Made by a program: the position numbers and the translations under genes. The notes below the pieces were generated by a model. It was not told the DNA's origin and ran no database searches. It was given only the letters and a program-made list of their open reading frames with translations. A DNA stretch of 63,992 bases, the filler included, from a bacterium (lineage in GTDB: Bacteria > JBBIVP01), in NCBI GenBank assembly GCA_037439705.1. It is 8 parts of 8 records of this genome, joined end to end, with 100 filler letters (N's around TTAATTAATTAA, not from the genome) between each part and the next. Parts side by side here need not be neighbours in the genome. Positions count along the whole stretch, not along the records: positions 58,337 to 63,992 come from JBBIVP010000144.1; 7 more parts are not named here. One strand, 5' to 3'. Below, piece after piece: positions 60,717 to 63,992 of the stretch; the first letter of the stretch is position 1, and each line of letters begins with the position of its first letter.

Positions 60717-62595
60717 ATGTGTGGAATATGCGGAGTATTTGGTGAAAGGGACAAAAATCTGGTTCTGAAAATGTCCGATATTATTGCTCACAGGGGACCA
60801 GATGAAGATGGATACTATGAAGATGAAGAATGCTCCATAGGCATAAAAAGGTTATCCATAATTGATCTGGAAACAGGAAATCAACCATTTTCCGATGAAA
60901 GGGGGACTTTCTGGGTGGTGATGAACGGCGAAATCTATAACTTCTTAGAAATAAGGAAAAATCTTGGTGAAAAAGGGCATAGATTTCGTTCAAAAAGTGA
61001 TGCGGAGGTAATTCCACATTTATATGAGGAATACGGGATTGATTTTGTGAAACATCTACGGGGAATGTTTGCTATAGCGCTCTGGGACACAGAAAGAAAA
61101 AGAGGTATTCTGATAAGGGATAGATTGGGAAAAACGCCTCTCTATTATATTTATAAAAATGGAAGAACATATTTTTCATCTGAGATGAAAACTTTTCTCA
61201 AAACTCAAATAGTTTCTCCATCTATTAACCCTGATGCTCTTTCCCTTTACTTAACCCTTCAATATATCCCTGGGGAAGAATCACTGATAAATGGGATAAA
61301 GAGATTACTACCAGGGCACATCCTGCTATATGAAAATGGAACCTACAGGATACATAAATACTGGGACATAATTTTTGAGGATGAGATATCTGACCAGAGA
61401 AAAAATATAGAATCGGTAAGAGAATTGATGGAAGAATCGGTAAGGTATCGTTTGTTGAGCGATGTCCATCTTGCCATTACCCTCTCAGGGGGTGTAGATT
61501 CTACAGCTATTGCAGTTCTTGCAAGAAGGGAAATTGCACCTTTAACCACGATTACCATAGGGTATCCAGATTATCCTGATTACGATGAGAGAAAGGAGGG
61601 TTTAAAAACAGCCTTAAAGATAGGGGCGAATCACATAGAACTTACATTGAGGAAGGAAGATATTAATGTTTTTTCCAAAACTTGTCTGGCATATGGATGA
61701 CCCTATTGCAGACGAAGCCTGTCTTCCTGTCTATTTCATTTCAAAATTTGCAAGAGAAAAAGGCATCAAGGTGCTTTTAAGCGGAGAAGGGGGCGATGAA
61801 ATATTTGGCGGATATCCAAGATATATCCTGCACAGAATATTCAATCTCATTGACTTCTTTGGAGGACCTTTAAGGAAAAGCCTTTTAAGGACCTTTTCAA
61901 AAGCGCCATTTCTTCCTGAGCGTCTAACCCGTATTTTGATGAAACTTTCTGTAGATGCTGATGATGACCTATACCTCTGGCTTTCATATTTTGAAGAAAA
62001 GGAAAAAATTAAAATGCTTAAAATAAAATCTGGCAATTCCTGGGAAAAACTTTCTCCCCTCCTATTAAGAAAGACCCCAACACATATCCTTAACAATATC
62101 TTCTATATGGATATAAAAACATGGCTTGTGGAGGATATCCTGATGAAGGCGGATAAGATGTCTATGGCTAACTCTGTTGAAATAAGAACCCCCTTTCTTG
62201 ACCATCATCTTGTTGAATTTTCTCTAAAAATTCCCCCCCACCTTAAGGTGAGATGGAAGACGAAGTTTATCTTTAAAAAAGCATTTGAAGGTTTGTTGCC
62301 CGAGGAGGTATTGAAAAGACCAAAGAAACCATTTTTCATTCCACTTCATGAATGGATGACCTCATCCTGGTTAAAGATAATAGAATTTATGCTGCGTAAA
62401 AAAGGATGCTTGCTACATGAGATATTAGATGTTAACTATATATCTCACCTGCTAAAAGAAGGGGCAGGAAGAGACTACTCAAAAAAACTTTTTATCATTC
62501 TTACACTTGGAATTTGGATGGAGATTTTTTTAAACAAAAAAGAACCAGAAGAAATGACAGAACTACTAAGAAGGGAGTTAACTCCCTCTAAATAA
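60717..62595 (+). pseudogene. asnB: Asparagine synthase (glutamine-hydrolysing) family amidotransferase with a +1 frameshift in a T6 run near 61669-61674
   Basis: MCGI, HRGPD, NGEIYN and LSGGVDS in ORF 1; SGEGGDE and R.PFLD in ORF 2; deleting one T fuses them (INVFPKLVWHMDDP). Confidence 0.85.
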
Positions 62596-62620
62596 TGCAA
62601 CCTCTCCCTATAGCAAAGGT

Positions 62621-62649
62621 TTGTATTTACATTTTAAGAACCATATAAT
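62621..62649 (+). promoter_or_regulatory. Sigma70-type promoter, probably leaderless
   Basis: TTGTAT-17-TATAAT, 7 nt before ATG 62657. Confidence 0.55.
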
Positions 62650-62656
62650 CAATTAC

Positions 62657-63583
62657 ATGGAGGTTTCGGTTATTGTCCCCACATACAGAAGACCTTACTC
62701 ATTAAGAAAAACATTAATGGCACTTGAAAATCAGACGCTCAAACCGAAAGAGATTATCGTTGTGGTAAGGGAAGATGATAAAGAAACGATAGATTTTTTA
62801 AAAAATGAGAGCATAAAAATCTTGAGGGTTGCCTTGATAAAGGAAGGGGGGCAGGTAATTGCGATGAACGAAGGGATAAAAAATGCAACAGGAGATGTTA
62901 TAGCCTTTACCGACGATGACGCAGAACCCGAAGAGAGATGGATTGAAAAGATAATAGAGCACATGGAAAAAGACGAGGTAGGAGCAGTTGGAGGAAGGGA
63001 CTTTATAGCAAAGAGAAAGTTTGAGAAAAAGGCAGGGGTTGTGGGAAAAATCACATGGTTTGGGCGAATAATAGGAAATCATCACTTAGACCCCATCAAT
63101 CCTGCTTCAAGAGAGGTTGAGGTTATTAAAGGTGTCAATATGGCTTATAAGAAAAAATACATTGACCGCTTTTCCTTTGACACCTTTCTTGACAACAGAA
63201 CCAGCCCGATGAATGAAGTTGACATCTGTATGTATGTGAAGAAAAAGGGGAAAAAGATAATCTACGACCCTAATATAAAAGTTTTTCATTATGTTGAAGA
63301 AAGGAAATCCTCCACTCGAGAAGAGGTTCTCTTAAGCACTTACGAATACTCGCGAAATTACACATATGTGATGCTGAAGCATTTACCCTTGCACAAGAAA
63401 CTCTTCTTTTTACTCTACTCCTTCCTGATAGGACAGAGAGCATCGTATGGATTACTCACTTTTATGATTGATGCCCCAATTAAGGGGAAAAAGACATTTG
63501 CTCTATTTACCACATCTCAAAAGGGAAAATGGCATGGATTAAAGGGATATCTCTGGCGTATTTTGCACCTGATTAACCCATAA
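62657..63583 (+). CDS. Glycosyltransferase family 2
   Basis: SVIVPTY.R, AFTDDD (DxD), GVNMAY; start re-called to ATG 62657. Confidence 0.92.
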   Translation: MEVSVIVPTYRRPYSLRKTLMALENQTLKPKEIIVVVREDDKETIDFLKNESIKILRVALIKEGGQVIAMNEGIKNATGDVIAFTDDDAEPEERWIEKIIEHMEKDEVGAVGGRDFIAKRKFEKKAGVVGKITWFGRIIGNHHLDPINPASREVEVIKGVNMAYKKKYIDRFSFDTFLDNRTSPMNEVDICMYVKKKGKKIIYDPNIKVFHYVEERKSSTREEVLLSTYEYSRNYTYVMLKHLPLHKKLFFLLYSFLIGQRASYGLLTFMIDAPIKGKKTFALFTTSQKGKWHGLKGYLWRILHLINP

Positions 63584-63992
63584 CTTTCTCATAAACCTTG
63601 AGCGTCTTTTCAGCGCAATTTTTCCAAGTGAAGTCCTGAAAGAAATCCTTTGCGTTGTGCGAAATGGATTTCAACAATTCTTCATTTTTCAGAAAAATAG
63701 AAAGTTTCTCGTAGAGAGATTGTGGGTTGCGCTTTTCTATCTTCAAACAATGAACTCCATCCTTTAAGTCCTCTGCAATCCCCACATCCGTAGAAATTAA
63801 AGCACATCCGCACAAACCTGCTTCTGCGATGGAGAGACCAAATCCCTCATAAAGGGATGTGTGAAGGTATACTGGATGAGATAAGTAAAGTTCCTTTATA
63901 ACCTCTTTGCTCACCTTCGGTTTTAGAGAAACGAGTTTCAGATACCTTTCATCAATCATCATTGCAACATCTTCCTCTTTTAAACCAACACA
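63573..63992 (-). CDS. Glycosyltransferase family 4, C-terminal part
   Basis: SLYEGFGLSIAEA..CG...ISTDVG; open to the window end. Confidence 0.9.
   Translation of the reverse strand, partial: CVGLKEEDVAMMIDERYLKLVSLKPKVSKEVIKELYLSHPVYLHTSLYEGFGLSIAEAGLCGCALISTDVGIAEDLKDGVHCLKIEKRNPQSLYEKLSIFLKNEELLKSISHNAKDFFQDFTWKNCAEKTLKVYEKVMG

Noticed and set aside
220-63289. Numerous 60-220 aa ORFs antisense to or nested in recognised genes (e.g. 2330-2992, 16287-16730, 24627-25070)
   Set aside because: Shadow frames of real genes, with no motifs or RBS
1-63992. CRISPR arrays, IS elements, integrases, prophage genes, rRNA
   Set aside because: None recognised by reading the sequence or the ORF track

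Overview
This AT-rich bacterial draft genome or MAG window is not one continuous locus. It is eight contigs of about 8 kb joined by artificial 100-nt N-TTAATTAATTAA-N linkers (8450-8549, 16836-16935, 25176-25275, 33505-33604, 41822-41921, 50049-50148, 58237-58336), with a 10-N gap at 44650-44659. Gene adjacency is only meaningful within a contig. Contig 1: metK-ahcY-rsmD-coaD-aminotransferase operon, tRNA-Met, and a sugar-phosphate transferase with an O-antigen-ligase/TPR gene. Contig 2: anti-sigma factor, PmbA, FHA, RDD, birA, coaX and a HEAT-cheR-cheB cluster. Contig 3: three paralogous GT-C-like membrane proteins and two degenerate Lgt-like proteins, between probable exported proteins. Contig 4: a catabolic operon with an OYE-type flavoenzyme, FAD oxidoreductase, CCG Fe-S protein, SCP2 protein, 4-hydroxybutyryl-CoA dehydratase homolog and a split B12 acyl-CoA mutase with non-canonical specificity residues. 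Contig 5: Ig-like lipoprotein, ADP-forming acyl-CoA ligase and nuoABCDHIJKL without nuoEFG. Contig 6: two frameshifted PA14 proteins with MYXO-CTERM-like tails, a second FAD/Fe-S/SCP2 module and tRNA-Glu. Contig 7: GH5 endoglycoceramidase-like gene, galM, a damaged MNT-HEPN pair, gspG-K and tRNA-Lys. Contig 8: glycosyltransferases and a frameshifted asnB. The best candidates for undescribed systems are the Lgt-like/GT-C cluster and the mutase/dehydratase/SCP2 operon. Several genes also look leaderless. All family calls come from motif recognition by eye; no database search was run.
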